NCBI GenBank assembly: GCA_050015075.1
Contig: JBEKCB010000004.1
Location: 64,001 to 128,000 of the forward strand
DNA: 64,000 nucleotides
Reading direction: 5' to 3'
DNA from: Candidatus Brocadiia bacterium
Lineage (GTDB): Bacteria > Planctomycetota > Brocadiia > CAIUPP01
Every line of letters begins with the position of its first letter. The first letter of the stretch is position 1. Under the pieces are notes generated by a model. It was not told where the DNA came from, did not search any database, and was given only the letters and a program-made list of their open reading frames with translations. The position numbers and the translations under genes were made by a program. Shown here one piece after another: positions 1-10,050 of the stretch.

Positions 1-2098
1 GCCGACCGTGCTGCCGGGCCGTTTCCCGAACCTGCTCTGCAACGGCAGCACCGGCATCGCCGTCGGCATGGCGACGAACATCCCGCCGCAGAACGTCACC
101 GAGGTCTGCACCGCCATCGTCGAGCTGATTGACCGGCCCGACATCGCGCCGGCCGATCTGCTGAAGATCGTCAAGGGCCCCGACTTCCCGACCGGCGGAC
201 TGATCTGCGGACGCGAGGGAATCCGCAGCGCCTACCTCACCGGCCGCGGCAGCGTGGTCCTCCGCGCGCGCTCGCACATCGAGACGAGCAAGACCGGCCG
301 CAAGAGCATCGTCTTCAGCGAGATGGCGTACGGGGCTAACCCCGACAATATCCTGCGGCGCGCCGCGGAACTCGTCAAGGAAGGAATCATCCAGGGCGTC
401 TCCGACCTGCGCAACGAGAGCGACCGCTCCGGCACGCGCGTGGTCGTGGACCTGCGCAAAGGCGAAGACGAGCGCGTGGTGCTCAACCTGCTCTACAAGC
501 ACACGCAGCTCCAGGACACCTTCGGCGTCAACATCATCGCGCTGGTAGCCGGGCAACCGCGGACGCTCGGCCTGCGCGACCTGCTCGTGGCGTATGTCGC
601 TCATCGGAAAGAGGTTGTGACTCGGCGCACCAAGTTCCTCCTCCAGCGCGACATGGACCGCGCGCACATCGTCGCCGGGCTGCTGATCGCACTGGCGAAC
701 ATTGACGCGGTGATCGAGATTATCAAGAAATCACCCGATCCGGATACAGCCGGCCAGCGGTTGATGGCGCAATTCGGCCTGACCGAGCGCCAGGTCAAGG
801 CGATCCTCGACATGCGCCTTGCGCGCTTGACCGGCCTCGAGCGCGGCAAGCTCGAACAGGAGCAGGCCGAACTCGAGAAACGCATCGCCGGCTACCGCGC
901 GATCCTGGATGACGAGCGGGTGCTGATGGGCGTGATCCGTGAGGAGACGCTGGACATCAAGGGTCGCTTCGGCGACAAGCGGCGCACGGAGATCGTCGGC
1001 GAGGTGGAGGAGTTCGACCGCGAGGACCTCGTCGCCGAGGAGAATGTCGTGGTCACGATCAGCCACGAGGGCTACCTGAAACGGCAGCCGCTCAACGCGT
1101 ACCGCAAGCAGCGCCATGGCGGTAAAGGCGTCACCGGCGCCGAACACAAGGAAGGCGATTTCACCGAACACCTCTTCATCGCCTCGACGCACGACAGCAT
1201 CCTGCTCTTCACCGACCTCGGCCGCGTGTACTGGCTGAAGGTGTACGACGTGCCGGAGATGGGCCGGATGAGCCGCGGCCGCGCGCTGGTCAACCTGCTG
1301 CCGATCCCGTCGGACGAGAAGATCACGTCGTTCATCCCCGTCCGCGATTTCTCCGAGGGCGACCTGCTGATGGCCACCGCGCAGGGCACCGTCAAGCGTA
1401 CGCCGCTCTCCGATTACGGCCACCCGAAGAAGACCGGCATCATCGCCATCGGCCTCGACGAGGGCGACCGGCTCATCGGCGTGCGCCACATCTTCCCCGA
1501 GCAGCAGGTGATGCTGGCGACGCGCGACGGCATGGCGATCCGCTTCCCCGAGAAGACCGTCCGGCGGATGGGCCGCTCCGCCCACGGCGTGCGCGGCATC
1601 CGGCTGGAGAAGGACGACCTGCTCGTCGGCCTGATCCTGGCCGACGAGAAGACGACGGTGCTGACCGTCTGCGAGAACGGTTACGGCAAGCGGACTGCCG
1701 TCGGCGAATATCGGCTGACCAACCGCGGCGGCAAAGGCGTCATCAACATCAAGACCACCGAGCGCAACGGCAAGGTCATCGCGGTGGTCGAAGCGCATGA
1801 CGACGACGAGATGATGATCATGACCGAGCGCGGCATGGTCATCCGCTGCCCGATGGCGAACGTCCGCACCATCGGCCGCAACACGCAGGGCGTGCGCGTG
1901 ATCACCCTCGACGAGGGTGACCGCGCCGTGGTCGTGGCGCGACTGGCGAAGGAAGACGCGGTATCTGCCGACGAGGCCGCGCCGAATGCAGAACCGAGCC
2001 CGGCGAGCGCGGCGGCGGTCGAGCCGCCCGCTGCGGAGGAATCCGCGCCCGAAGCCGAAAGCGCGGAACCGGAAAAGCCCGATGAAGAGGCGGAGTGA
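1..2098 (+). CDS. gyrA: DNA gyrase subunit A (5' truncated by window edge)
   Basis: PNLLCNGSTGIAVGMAT and GPDFPTGG motifs, GyrA box QRHGGKG, C-terminal beta-pinwheel repeats and acidic tail. Confidence 0.97.
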   Translation, partial: PTVLPGRFPNLLCNGSTGIAVGMATNIPPQNVTEVCTAIVELIDRPDIAPADLLKIVKGPDFPTGGLICGREGIRSAYLTGRGSVVLRARSHIETSKTGRKSIVFSEMAYGANPDNILRRAAELVKEGIIQGVSDLRNESDRSGTRVVVDLRKGEDERVVLNLLYKHTQLQDTFGVNIIALVAGQPRTLGLRDLLVAYVAHRKEVVTRRTKFLLQRDMDRAHIVAGLLIALANIDAVIEIIKKSPDPDTAGQRLMAQFGLTERQVKAILDMRLARLTGLERGKLEQEQAELEKRIAGYRAILDDERVLMGVIREETLDIKGRFGDKRRTEIVGEVEEFDREDLVAEENVVVTISHEGYLKRQPLNAYRKQRHGGKGVTGAEHKEGDFTEHLFIASTHDSILLFTDLGRVYWLKVYDVPEMGRMSRGRALVNLLPIPSDEKITSFIPVRDFSEGDLLMATAQGTVKRTPLSDYGHPKKTGIIAIGLDEGDRLIGVRHIFPEQQVMLATRDGMAIRFPEKTVRRMGRSAHGVRGIRLEKDDLLVGLILADEKTTVLTVCENGYGKRTAVGEYRLTNRGGKGVINIKTTERNGKVIAVVEAHDDDEMMIMTERGMVIRCPMANVRTIGRNTQGVRVITLDEGDRAVVVARLAKEDAVSADEAAPNAEPSPASAAAVEPPAAEESAPEAESAEPEKPDEEAE

Positions 2099-2188
2099 AG
2101 CGTTGCTTGTAGTGGCGCCGTCAGGCGCTGATTCGTATGCCCTTACGGGCACACTGCGAGCGGAACAAGTTCCTGGAGGAACTCGAAA

Positions 2189-3511
2189 ATGATGGGCTGC
2201 TCTTATGGCCGGCTTTTCCGGACCACGGTCGCGGGCGGATCGTACCAGGAAGGGCTGAGCGTCCACATCCAGGGCGTGCCGCCGGGCCTGCTCATCACGG
2301 AGGAGGAAATCTACTCCGACCTGCTCCTGCGCAAGCCCGGCCAGGGCGAACTCGCTTCGCCGCGGCGCGAGCCGGATATCCCGATCCTCTACAGCGGCGT
2401 CAACGCGGCCGACACGATGCCGGGATTCGAGAACCGGAACCGGACCAACGGCACGCCGCTGGTGATCCTGATCCCGAACCTCGACCGGCACTTCGAGCAC
2501 ATCGAGCAGTACCGCTCGACGAACCGCACGCCGCGCCCCGGCCACGCCTCGTACGCCTCGTACATGAAGTACGGCCCCTGCGACGACGCGATCGGCGCCG
2601 GTTTCTTCAGCGGGCGCTACACGGCCACGATCGTCGCCGCCGGTGCGGTCGCCAAACACATTCTCCATCAGCACGGCATCGAGGTCTGCGCCTACGTGAA
2701 AGAGGCCGCCGGCGTGCGCGCGCCGGAGATGCCGCTCGACCGGATCCGGACGCAGGTCGCCGCGTTCAAGCGGCTGCGCCGCGACTACGACCTGTTCCTC
2801 AAGCTCATCTACCGCGAGGGCCGCATCACGCCGGAGATGCGCTTCCTCCAGAAGATGGCCGCCCTCGCCGAAGTCGAGAAGATGATCCCGTCGCTCCAGG
2901 AGAAGAAGGCGTTCGACGAGGCCGAGGCGCGCGCGAAGTACGGCGTTCACCCGCTGATGAATTGCCCGGACCTTGACGCCGCCGACGAGATGGTGAGGCG
3001 CATCATCGAGGTCCGCGATTCCGGCGATTCGACCGGCGGCGTGGTCGAAGTCGTTGCGACCGGCGCGCCGGCGGGGATGGGTGAGCCGGTGTTCGACAAG
3101 CTCGATGGCGAGCTCGGCCGCCTGATGAGCATCGGCACCGTGAAGGCCGTCGAGATCGGCGTCGGACTCGCCGCGAAGGACCTGACCGGATCGCAGTGCA
3201 ATGACCAGATGTTCATGAAGGACGGCAAGGTCCGCTTCGGTTCGAACCACGCCGGAGGTATCACCGGTGGGCTGACCACTGGACAGGAGATCGTCGTGCG
3301 GCTGGCGGTCAAGCCGACGCCGACGATCGCGAAGCCGCAGAGGACGGTGGACAAAGTCGCGCTCACCGACGCGAACCTCGCCGCCGTAACGCGGCGCGAC
3401 CCGACCATCGTCGCGCGGGTCTGGCCCGTCGCCGAGGCGTTCACCGCCCTAGTGCTGCTGGACCAGTACGCGATGCATCTCGGCTACCGGGCGCTCCGCC
3501 GGGAAGATTGA
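2189..3511 (+). CDS. aroC: Chorismate synthase-like protein (atypical, with insertion)
   Basis: N-terminal YGRLFRTT, PRPGHA, GDSTGG, VKAVEIG, NHAGGITGG, AVKPTPTI; GGAGG RBS upstream. Confidence 0.85.
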   Translation: MMGCSYGRLFRTTVAGGSYQEGLSVHIQGVPPGLLITEEEIYSDLLLRKPGQGELASPRREPDIPILYSGVNAADTMPGFENRNRTNGTPLVILIPNLDRHFEHIEQYRSTNRTPRPGHASYASYMKYGPCDDAIGAGFFSGRYTATIVAAGAVAKHILHQHGIEVCAYVKEAAGVRAPEMPLDRIRTQVAAFKRLRRDYDLFLKLIYREGRITPEMRFLQKMAALAEVEKMIPSLQEKKAFDEAEARAKYGVHPLMNCPDLDAADEMVRRIIEVRDSGDSTGGVVEVVATGAPAGMGEPVFDKLDGELGRLMSIGTVKAVEIGVGLAAKDLTGSQCNDQMFMKDGKVRFGSNHAGGITGGLTTGQEIVVRLAVKPTPTIAKPQRTVDKVALTDANLAAVTRRDPTIVARVWPVAEAFTALVLLDQYAMHLGYRALRRED

Positions 3512-3555
3512 CCCGCTCGTAAACCCGCCCACACGGTGCGGATCGGACGCGCCCC

Positions 3556-3584
3556 TTGAAATCCGCCCGCCGCGCCTGTATCTT
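3556..3584 (+). promoter_or_regulatory. Putative sigma70 promoter for the L,D-transpeptidase gene
   Basis: TTGAAA-N17-TATCTT. Confidence 0.5.
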
Positions 3585-3635
3585 GATTCCCGGACCGATG
3601 GATCGGAACTGAGACTTTTGCAAGAGGGAGACGCC

Positions 3636-4577
3636 ATGAATCGCCAGAAACGTTTTGCCATTATCGGCCTGGCCATCGGCGCGGCGGCCGTCGCGGGCTG
3701 GTTCGGGCTCCAAACGGCTCGCTCGCAGCCGATCGCGGGCGCGATGAAAGTCGCGGCGTTCGCAGTGTCGGCCGCGGAGGCCCCCGAGTCGGCGGCGACG
3801 ACGGCGGCGACGACGCATGAGTTGCCGCAACACAACCCTGACCTCGACAACGCCAAACAACTGCTTCAGGACGGCAAGAAGGTCGAGGCGCGTGCGGCGC
3901 TGACCAAGCTCATCCTGCCCGCGCCCGAAGGCCCCGTTCGCGAGGAAATGCGCAAGATGCTGGACGCGATCAACAAGGAACTCTTCTTCTCGAGCAAGCC
4001 GTCGCCGGACAGCATCACCTATGAGGTCCAGCCCGGCGACACGCTCGCCGTGATCGCCCACAACCAGACGAAGGATTCCAATCAGAGCAAAGATTACTAT
4101 TTCACCGAGGTCATCATGCTCGTGAACGGCGTCAAGGATGCGCGGAGGATCCGGCCGGGTAAAGTGCTGAAGATCCCGCAGGGCACGTTTTCCGCCATCG
4201 TGCAGAAGGACGCGCACCGGCTCATCATCCTGCTCGACGGCAATTACATCAAGGAGTACCCGGTCGCGCTGGGCGCGCCGGAGTCGCCCACGCCGGAGGG
4301 TAAGTTCGTGCTGGACGTCGGCAAGGCCAGGGACCCGGACTGGACCGATTCGGACGGCCATCTCTATAAGTTCGGCGACCCGAAGAACGTCCTGGGCACG
4401 CGCTGGATGCCGTTCAACGATACCGAGGGCCATCACGGCCTGGGCATCCACGGCACGACGGACCCGGCGAGCGTCGGCAAAGACGTGTCCGACGGCTGCA
4501 TCCGCATGCTGAACGCCGACGTGGAGGAAATCTTCGGGATGCTCGCGCCGGGCGATACGGTGGAGATCACGAAATAG
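3636..4577 (+). CDS. LysM-domain L,D-transpeptidase (YkuD family), membrane anchored
   Basis: N-terminal hydrophobic segment, LysM-like YEVQPGDTLAVIA, catalytic motif GIHGT...SDGCIRM; GGGAG RBS. Confidence 0.9.
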   Translation: MNRQKRFAIIGLAIGAAAVAGWFGLQTARSQPIAGAMKVAAFAVSAAEAPESAATTAATTHELPQHNPDLDNAKQLLQDGKKVEARAALTKLILPAPEGPVREEMRKMLDAINKELFFSSKPSPDSITYEVQPGDTLAVIAHNQTKDSNQSKDYYFTEVIMLVNGVKDARRIRPGKVLKIPQGTFSAIVQKDAHRLIILLDGNYIKEYPVALGAPESPTPEGKFVLDVGKARDPDWTDSDGHLYKFGDPKNVLGTRWMPFNDTEGHHGLGIHGTTDPASVGKDVSDGCIRMLNADVEEIFGMLAPGDTVEITK

Positions 4578-4588
4578 GCAAAACGGCA

Positions 4589-4661
4589 GACGACGGGCGA
4601 AAGACGATGGACGATAGACTACGGACGACCCACCATCGTCCATCGTCTTTCGGCCATCGTC
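4589..4661. repeat. Inverted repeat of GACGATG-like heptamers overlapping the predicted start of the next gene
   Basis: GACGACGGGCGAAAGACGATGGACGAT ... ATCGTCCATCGTCTTTCGGCCATCGTC, near-perfect complementary arms. Confidence 0.75.
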
Positions 4662-6241
4662 AATTCCTCCTCTTAGCGGCGGGATTCGTCCTCATCGCGT
4701 ACGGCCTGATGTGGGGACTTCCGAACCTCTACGACTTCGCGCAGGATTCCGTCGTCCCCCAGGGAAACCTGGCGCAGGTCCGCGCGCAGTTCGAGAAGGT
4801 CACCGCATTTCGCTATCCGCCGTTCCACTTCCTGGTGCTGAGAGCCTGCTTCTGGCCGGTGCGCGGTCTCCTCCGAATCTCCAGCTACGGCGAGAACCTG
4901 AAGGTCGCTTCCACGCTTTTCATCCTGGCCGCGCGGCTGGTCAGCGTGGCCATGGCGCTCGGCGTTCTGGGCCTGATCTACGCTATGGGCCGCCGGCTGT
5001 GGGACGAGCGCACCGGCATGGCGGCGGCGCTGCTGTTCGCGCTCGCGCCGGTGACGCTCTATTACGCCAAAAACGCGAACCTCGACATCCCCTACCTCTT
5101 CTGGCTAGCGCTCGCGCTCTTCTTCTACATCAGGATTTTGCAGGAGAACCGCCGGCGCGATTATCTCTGGCTCGGCGTCTCGGCCGCGCTGGCGGTATGC
5201 ACCAAGGACCAGGCATACGGATTCATTCTCCTGATGCCCGTCGTGCTCCTCTTCCACCTGCGCGCGAAGTTTAAGCTGCCGCTGCGCGAGTTCCTGCCGC
5301 GGGCCTGGCGCTTCGCGTGGCCGGCGGCAGTTGGCTTCGCCGTCCCCTTCGCGCTGATCCACAACATCCTGTTCGACCCGGCCGGGTTCCGGCGACACCT
5401 CAGCGTGATCATCGGACCAGGATCGGAAGGCTGGCGCCAGTTCTCCGGCGGGCCGATCGGGCAACTGCGCCTGCTGGTGGAAACGGCGCTGCGCCTGTGC
5501 GATGCATGGACGCTGGCGGGCCTGGCGTTGGCGATCTTCGGGCTGGTCGTCGCTTTCAGGGAAACCGGCGAGCGGCGCACTCGGCTGGCGACGCTCGTCC
5601 CGGTCCTCTCGTATCACCTGTCGTTCCTCGCGGTCATCGGATACGTGTATCCGCGCTACGTCCTGCCGACGCTGCTCGTGCTGGCGCTCTTCGCGGGGCG
5701 CGCCGCGGCGAGCCTGTGGCGCGGCGGCAGCCTCCGCAGAATCGCCGCCGTCGCGCTCGTCGCGTGGACCGGCCTCGCCGGGCTTTGCGTGGATTACGTG
5801 ATGTCGGAATACCCGCGGTACGATGCGCAGCAGTGGCTCGAGACCCACGCCTCCGCCGAGACACTGATCTTCTACGTCGGCGACATGCGCGACATGCCGC
5901 GCTTCAACCGGCCGCTCGACGCGCATCCCGTCGAACCGACGCCCGATATGATCGAGAGCCTGCGTCCGCCGGCGGACCTGCTCGTGCTCTCATTCGAGGA
6001 AGGGCACGCGGCAGCCGGCACGCGTTCGCTCCGGATCGCCTCGATCCTGCGGCGACATCTCGGCGACTGGGGACTGGTCCGCGAAGGCGGCGGCGGAAAA
6101 GGTTTTCTCGAGCGCCTCGTCGCGGGCGAATTCGGGTACGCTGAAGTGGCCCGTTTCGAATCGCCGATCTCCGCCTGCGTGCCGGAGGTCGCCGAATCGC
6201 TCAACCGGACGATCGTCATACTCGGGAGGAAGACACAATGA
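4607..6241 (+). CDS. GT-C fold membrane glycosyltransferase (ArnT/PMT, GT39/GT83-like)
   Basis: Many TM segments, YPPFH, ARLVS, LAVCTK, YPRYVLP; start uncertain. Confidence 0.8.
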   Translation: MDDRLRTTHHRPSSFGHRQFLLLAAGFVLIAYGLMWGLPNLYDFAQDSVVPQGNLAQVRAQFEKVTAFRYPPFHFLVLRACFWPVRGLLRISSYGENLKVASTLFILAARLVSVAMALGVLGLIYAMGRRLWDERTGMAAALLFALAPVTLYYAKNANLDIPYLFWLALALFFYIRILQENRRRDYLWLGVSAALAVCTKDQAYGFILLMPVVLLFHLRAKFKLPLREFLPRAWRFAWPAAVGFAVPFALIHNILFDPAGFRRHLSVIIGPGSEGWRQFSGGPIGQLRLLVETALRLCDAWTLAGLALAIFGLVVAFRETGERRTRLATLVPVLSYHLSFLAVIGYVYPRYVLPTLLVLALFAGRAAASLWRGGSLRRIAAVALVAWTGLAGLCVDYVMSEYPRYDAQQWLETHASAETLIFYVGDMRDMPRFNRPLDAHPVEPTPDMIESLRPPADLLVLSFEEGHAAAGTRSLRIASILRRHLGDWGLVREGGGGKGFLERLVAGEFGYAEVARFESPISACVPEVAESLNRTIVILGRKTQ

Positions 6242-6573
6242 GAAGCGTGTTCATGGTGCGCAACGAGCATCTCACGCATCAAGGCCACCTCTTCGGCGGC
6301 GACCTTATGGCGGAGATTGACACGGTCGGCTACTGCCTGCTTCGGAAGAAATTCGGCAACAAAACGCTCGTCACGCGCGCCGCCGAGATCAGCTTCGAGC
6401 ATCCCGCGCATCCGGGCGACGTGATCACGTTCGACGCGAAAGTCGCGCGCGTCGGCAACACGTCGGTCGTGGTCGAGGTCACAGGCTCAGTCAACAAGCG
6501 GCGCATTTCCAGCGCAAAGCTGGTCTACGTGAACCTGGGCCCCGACGACCGTAAAGCGCCGATTCGGTCTTGA
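6238..6573 (+). CDS. HotDog-fold acyl-CoA thioesterase
   Basis: GHLFGGDLMAEID and VGNTSV motifs; ATGA overlap with upstream gene. Confidence 0.85.
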   Translation: MRSVFMVRNEHLTHQGHLFGGDLMAEIDTVGYCLLRKKFGNKTLVTRAAEISFEHPAHPGDVITFDAKVARVGNTSVVVEVTGSVNKRRISSAKLVYVNLGPDDRKAPIRS

Positions 6574-6670
6574 GCGCCCCAATTCGAGGTTCAGCGAGAC
6601 AACGACGGCCCTACTTTTCGGCGCTATTTACTGACAATGGTAGGTGATTGTCCCAAGTTCTAATTAATTA

Positions 6671-7300
6671 TCAGGTGGGCCTCTTCGGAATCCCGTGCTT
6701 ATCATAAACTCTGCCTTTGTCCACATCAGCCCAATGGCTATGAGAGAAGGTAGGCGCCTCCCGGTCGAACTCTTTCAGTATCTCCTTTCTTACGTCCTTC
6801 CAAAGCTCAAAAATCTTTTTCCGACAAGTGGCAGCGTTGCTCGGGTTAAAATCGGCTCCATAACCAAGCTCTTCAATAAGTCCAAAAATGTCCTTGATCG
6901 GTTCAAAAGGATAGAGGCCACCATAGCCATCAGTCTCCGACAGATTCTTGAAGACGCCTCGAACTTCATCAATGGCGATGCTGAGATTGGTCAGTACCGA
7001 ACTAAACTGATCCTCAGTCGGTTTGCTCAAGTGCGTGTATTGCAGTGCCTGCTGAACAGCTTCCACTAGCTTCGACCACAAAGTTCGGAGTTGCTGCTTA
7101 TAGGAATGCCTGCGCTGAACGCAATACCCCAACCATGCCGCCGCGATGCCCAAGAACAGCGGCGTCAAATCCTTAAATGTCCCAAAGACGACGCGTTCTT
7201 TTGTGCTATCGAGAGCGCTTATCAGCACGCCCACGACGATCAAACCGCCAAAGGCCAGTATTGCCGTTGCAAACGCTTTTTTTATGGACTTCTTGGTCAC
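6671..7300 (-). CDS. Hypothetical protein with two N-terminal TM helices, low-GC islet
   Basis: 209-aa ORF with AT-richer codon usage than flanks and two hydrophobic segments. Confidence 0.7.
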   Translation of the reverse strand: MTKKSIKKAFATAILAFGGLIVVGVLISALDSTKERVVFGTFKDLTPLFLGIAAAWLGYCVQRRHSYKQQLRTLWSKLVEAVQQALQYTHLSKPTEDQFSSVLTNLSIAIDEVRGVFKNLSETDGYGGLYPFEPIKDIFGLIEELGYGADFNPSNAATCRKKIFELWKDVRKEILKEFDREAPTFSHSHWADVDKGRVYDKHGIPKRPT

Positions 7301-7344
7301 AGGTATTCAGTGGCCTTGTATAGTTGGTGCAAGTTCACCCATTA

Positions 7345-8748
7345 TTAGGCCCGCTTCCATCTCGTCCCGCCGGCGGAGTCCTCGAGGATGATGCCCTTGG
7401 CTTTGAGTTGGTTGCGGATGTCGTCGGAGGTTTTGAAGTCGCGCATGGCGCGGGCTTCTTCGCGGCGGAGGATGAGGGACTCGATCTCGGCGTCGGGGGA
7501 TTCCTCTTTCTCCTCGCCGAGGACGCCAATGACTTTGTCGAAACTCGCGAGCAGCGCGGCGGCCTGGTCGGCGCCGGCGGGGCTGAGTTCGAGCTTGTTC
7601 ACGTCGCGCAGCATGTCGAAGAGCGCGGCGAGCGCGGCGGAGGTGTTGAGGTCGTCGGCCAGCGCGGCGTCGAAGCCGGTTTTCCCCTTTTCCAGCGCCG
7701 CGGCCAGTTCGGGCGGATCGGCTTTCGCGGCGGATTCCTTCAGCCGAATCCGGAAGTCCTTCAGCCTGCGGATGGAGGTCTTCGCGGCCTCGACGCTTTC
7801 CAGCGTGAAGTTGAGCGGTTGGCGGTAGTGCGTGCTGATGAGGACGTAGCGCACGGCCATCGGATCGCAGCCCTTTTCGAGCAGGTCGCGCAGGGTGAAG
7901 AAGTTCCCGAGCGATTTGGACATTTTCTGCCCGTTGACGAGCAGGAACCGCGCGTGCATCCAGTACTTGACCCACGGGACTTTGCCGGTGGCGCCTTCGG
8001 ACTGCGCGATCTCGGATTCGTGGTGCGGGAAGATGTTGTCCTCGGCGCCGGTGTGGATGTCGAACTGCTCTCCGAGGTACTTGCCGGACATGGCGGAGCA
8101 CTCGATGTGCCAACCGGGAAAGCCGCGGCTCCACGGGCTGTCCCACTGCATGATATGCTTCGGGTCCTGCTTCCACAGGGCGAAGTCGGCCGGATGGCGC
8201 TTCTCGGGGTTGATTTCGATGCGCGCCCCGGCTTCGAGCTGCTCGATCGTGTTGCCGCTCAGCCGGCCGTAGCGCGGGAAGGAGGCGATGTCGTAGTAGA
8301 CGTTGCCGTTGACGACGTAGGCGTGCCCGTTCGCGATGAGGCGCTCGATCAGCGCGATCATCTCCGGAATGTGCTCGGTCGCGCGCGGGTATTTGAAGGC
8401 AGGCTCGATGTTGAGCGTCCGAATGTCCTCGAGAAAGGCCTTCATATAGAATTCGGCGATCTGCCACGGGTCTTTCCGCTGCTCGCGCGCGGCCTTGGCC
8501 ATCTTGTCCTCGCCCTCGTCGGCGTCGCTGGTCATGTGGCCGACGTCGGTGATGTTCATGATCTGCGTGACGGCGCAGCCGAAGTGCTCCAGCGTCCGCC
8601 GCAGCACGTCGGCGAAGACGAAGGCGCGGGCGTTGCCGATGTGGGCGAAGTTATAGACCGTCGGGCCGCAGTTATACATGCGGACCTTGCCCGGCTCGAT
8701 CGGCTCGAACTCCTCTTTGCGTCGCGTGTACGTGTTGAAGACCTTCAC
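7345..8748 (-). CDS. cysS: Cysteine--tRNA ligase
   Basis: CGPTVY, HIGN, PGWHIECSAM, FPHHE, KMSKS; GTG start at 8748 inferred from the family N-terminus. Confidence 0.97.
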   Translation of the reverse strand: MKVFNTYTRRKEEFEPIEPGKVRMYNCGPTVYNFAHIGNARAFVFADVLRRTLEHFGCAVTQIMNITDVGHMTSDADEGEDKMAKAAREQRKDPWQIAEFYMKAFLEDIRTLNIEPAFKYPRATEHIPEMIALIERLIANGHAYVVNGNVYYDIASFPRYGRLSGNTIEQLEAGARIEINPEKRHPADFALWKQDPKHIMQWDSPWSRGFPGWHIECSAMSGKYLGEQFDIHTGAEDNIFPHHESEIAQSEGATGKVPWVKYWMHARFLLVNGQKMSKSLGNFFTLRDLLEKGCDPMAVRYVLISTHYRQPLNFTLESVEAAKTSIRRLKDFRIRLKESAAKADPPELAAALEKGKTGFDAALADDLNTSAALAALFDMLRDVNKLELSPAGADQAAALLASFDKVIGVLGEEKEESPDAEIESLILRREEARAMRDFKTSDDIRNQLKAKGIILEDSAGGTRWKRA

Positions 8749-8759
8749 GGGGCGGCTTC

Positions 8760-9929
8760 CTATTTGCCGGTGATCTCGAGTTGGACCGCCGGTTCGCCGA
8801 CGGACCAGAGGTACATGAAGCGCGGCGTTTCGTCGGCGGCCCGGCCGCCCAGCCGCAGCGCCAGGCCCTGCGCCGGCGGAGCGGAGGAGCGCGCCAACAG
8901 CGTCGCGAGCAGGCCCGCCTTGCGCCGATAGGTGACGACGCGCGTCTCGTCGCGCTTGATCTTCGCCTGGTCGCACGCCGCGCGAACGGCGTCCTCGAAA
9001 TAACCGATTTCGTCCACGAACCCGATCTCCTTCGCGCGTTGGCCGGTGAAGACGCTGCCGTCGCAGTATTTCACGAGTTCCTCGCGCGTCATTTTGACGC
9101 CGCGCGCGGTCATCCCGTCGAGCACGATGCCGACGAAGCGGTCGTAATAGTCGTTGACGATGGACTGGAGCATCTGGTGCTCTTCGGGCGTCAGATCGCG
9201 GAAGACGGACCCGACGTCCTTCATCGCGCCGGACTTGATCGGGCGCGCCTTGACGCCGATTTTGAGGAACAGGTCCTCCATGCCGATCAGCGGCATGATG
9301 ACGCCGATGGAGCCGGTGACGGTGGTCGGATGCGCGACGATCCGCTGCGAGGCGGAGGCGACGTAGTACGCGCCGGAGGCCGCCACGTCGCCGAAGATCG
9401 TGACGACGTCTTTGCCGGTCTGCTCGTGGAACTCCTTCAACTCGTGATAGATCACGTCGCTGGCGGTGATGCCGCCGCCGGGGCTGTCAATGTCGAGCAA
9501 CAGCACCTTCACCTGCGGGTCCCTGCGGGCGGCGCGCAGCGCGTCGTGGATCGTCGCCACCATTCCCGGCTCCGACGAGAAGAGGCTCGAGCGCGGCATG
9601 TCCGCGATCATGCCGCTGATGGGCACCAGGAGGACCTTGTTCGGGCCGTGCCCTTCAATCGTCTGCTCGACCAGTTGCGTCTCCTCGCTGCTGCCATCGG
9701 CGAGGACCTCCGTTCCGCTGCGGGACGTCAGGACGCCGGCGAGGCCGATCACGAGGAGTACCGTGCAGCCGAAGAACAACACGGCGAGCCCGGCGACGAT
9801 CCAGAAAAGGCAGCCGGTCCGAGACTTCTTCAGCGGCGGGTTCGGCGGCGGCGACGGTTGAGGCGGCTGAGCCGGCGCGCCGGGCGGCGGCGCGTTCGCG
9901 GGCTGAGCGGACGGGTATTGAGAGTCCAT
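8760..9929 (-). CDS. sppA: Signal peptide peptidase SppA (S49, short type)
   Basis: DSPGGG, AASGAYY, TGSIGVI motifs; Pro-rich N-terminus then TM anchor; GGAGG RBS before ATG at 9929. Confidence 0.92.
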   Translation of the reverse strand: MDSQYPSAQPANAPPPGAPAQPPQPSPPPNPPLKKSRTGCLFWIVAGLAVLFFGCTVLLVIGLAGVLTSRSGTEVLADGSSEETQLVEQTIEGHGPNKVLLVPISGMIADMPRSSLFSSEPGMVATIHDALRAARRDPQVKVLLLDIDSPGGGITASDVIYHELKEFHEQTGKDVVTIFGDVAASGAYYVASASQRIVAHPTTVTGSIGVIMPLIGMEDLFLKIGVKARPIKSGAMKDVGSVFRDLTPEEHQMLQSIVNDYYDRFVGIVLDGMTARGVKMTREELVKYCDGSVFTGQRAKEIGFVDEIGYFEDAVRAACDQAKIKRDETRVVTYRRKAGLLATLLARSSAPPAQGLALRLGGRAADETPRFMYLWSVGEPAVQLEITGK

Positions 9930-9980
9930 CGGCGCACCTCCGGAGACCGTTGAGGCGGGATTGCCCATTCCTGAGCGCTG

Positions 9981-10010
9981 ATTATAGTTTGGTCTCGTGA
10001 AAGGTGTCAA
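9981..10010 (-). promoter_or_regulatory. sigma70 promoter for sppA-cysS
   Basis: Minus strand TTGACA-N18-TATAAT, both hexamers perfect. Confidence 0.75.
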
Positions 10011-10050
10011 ACAGCGGCGCGGTTCCGCTCTCGGCACGCGGTTTGCGAGT

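Noticed and set aside
6574-6670. attC site downstream of the first low-GC gene
   Set aside because: No complementary R''/R' boxes or convincing hairpin were found by eye
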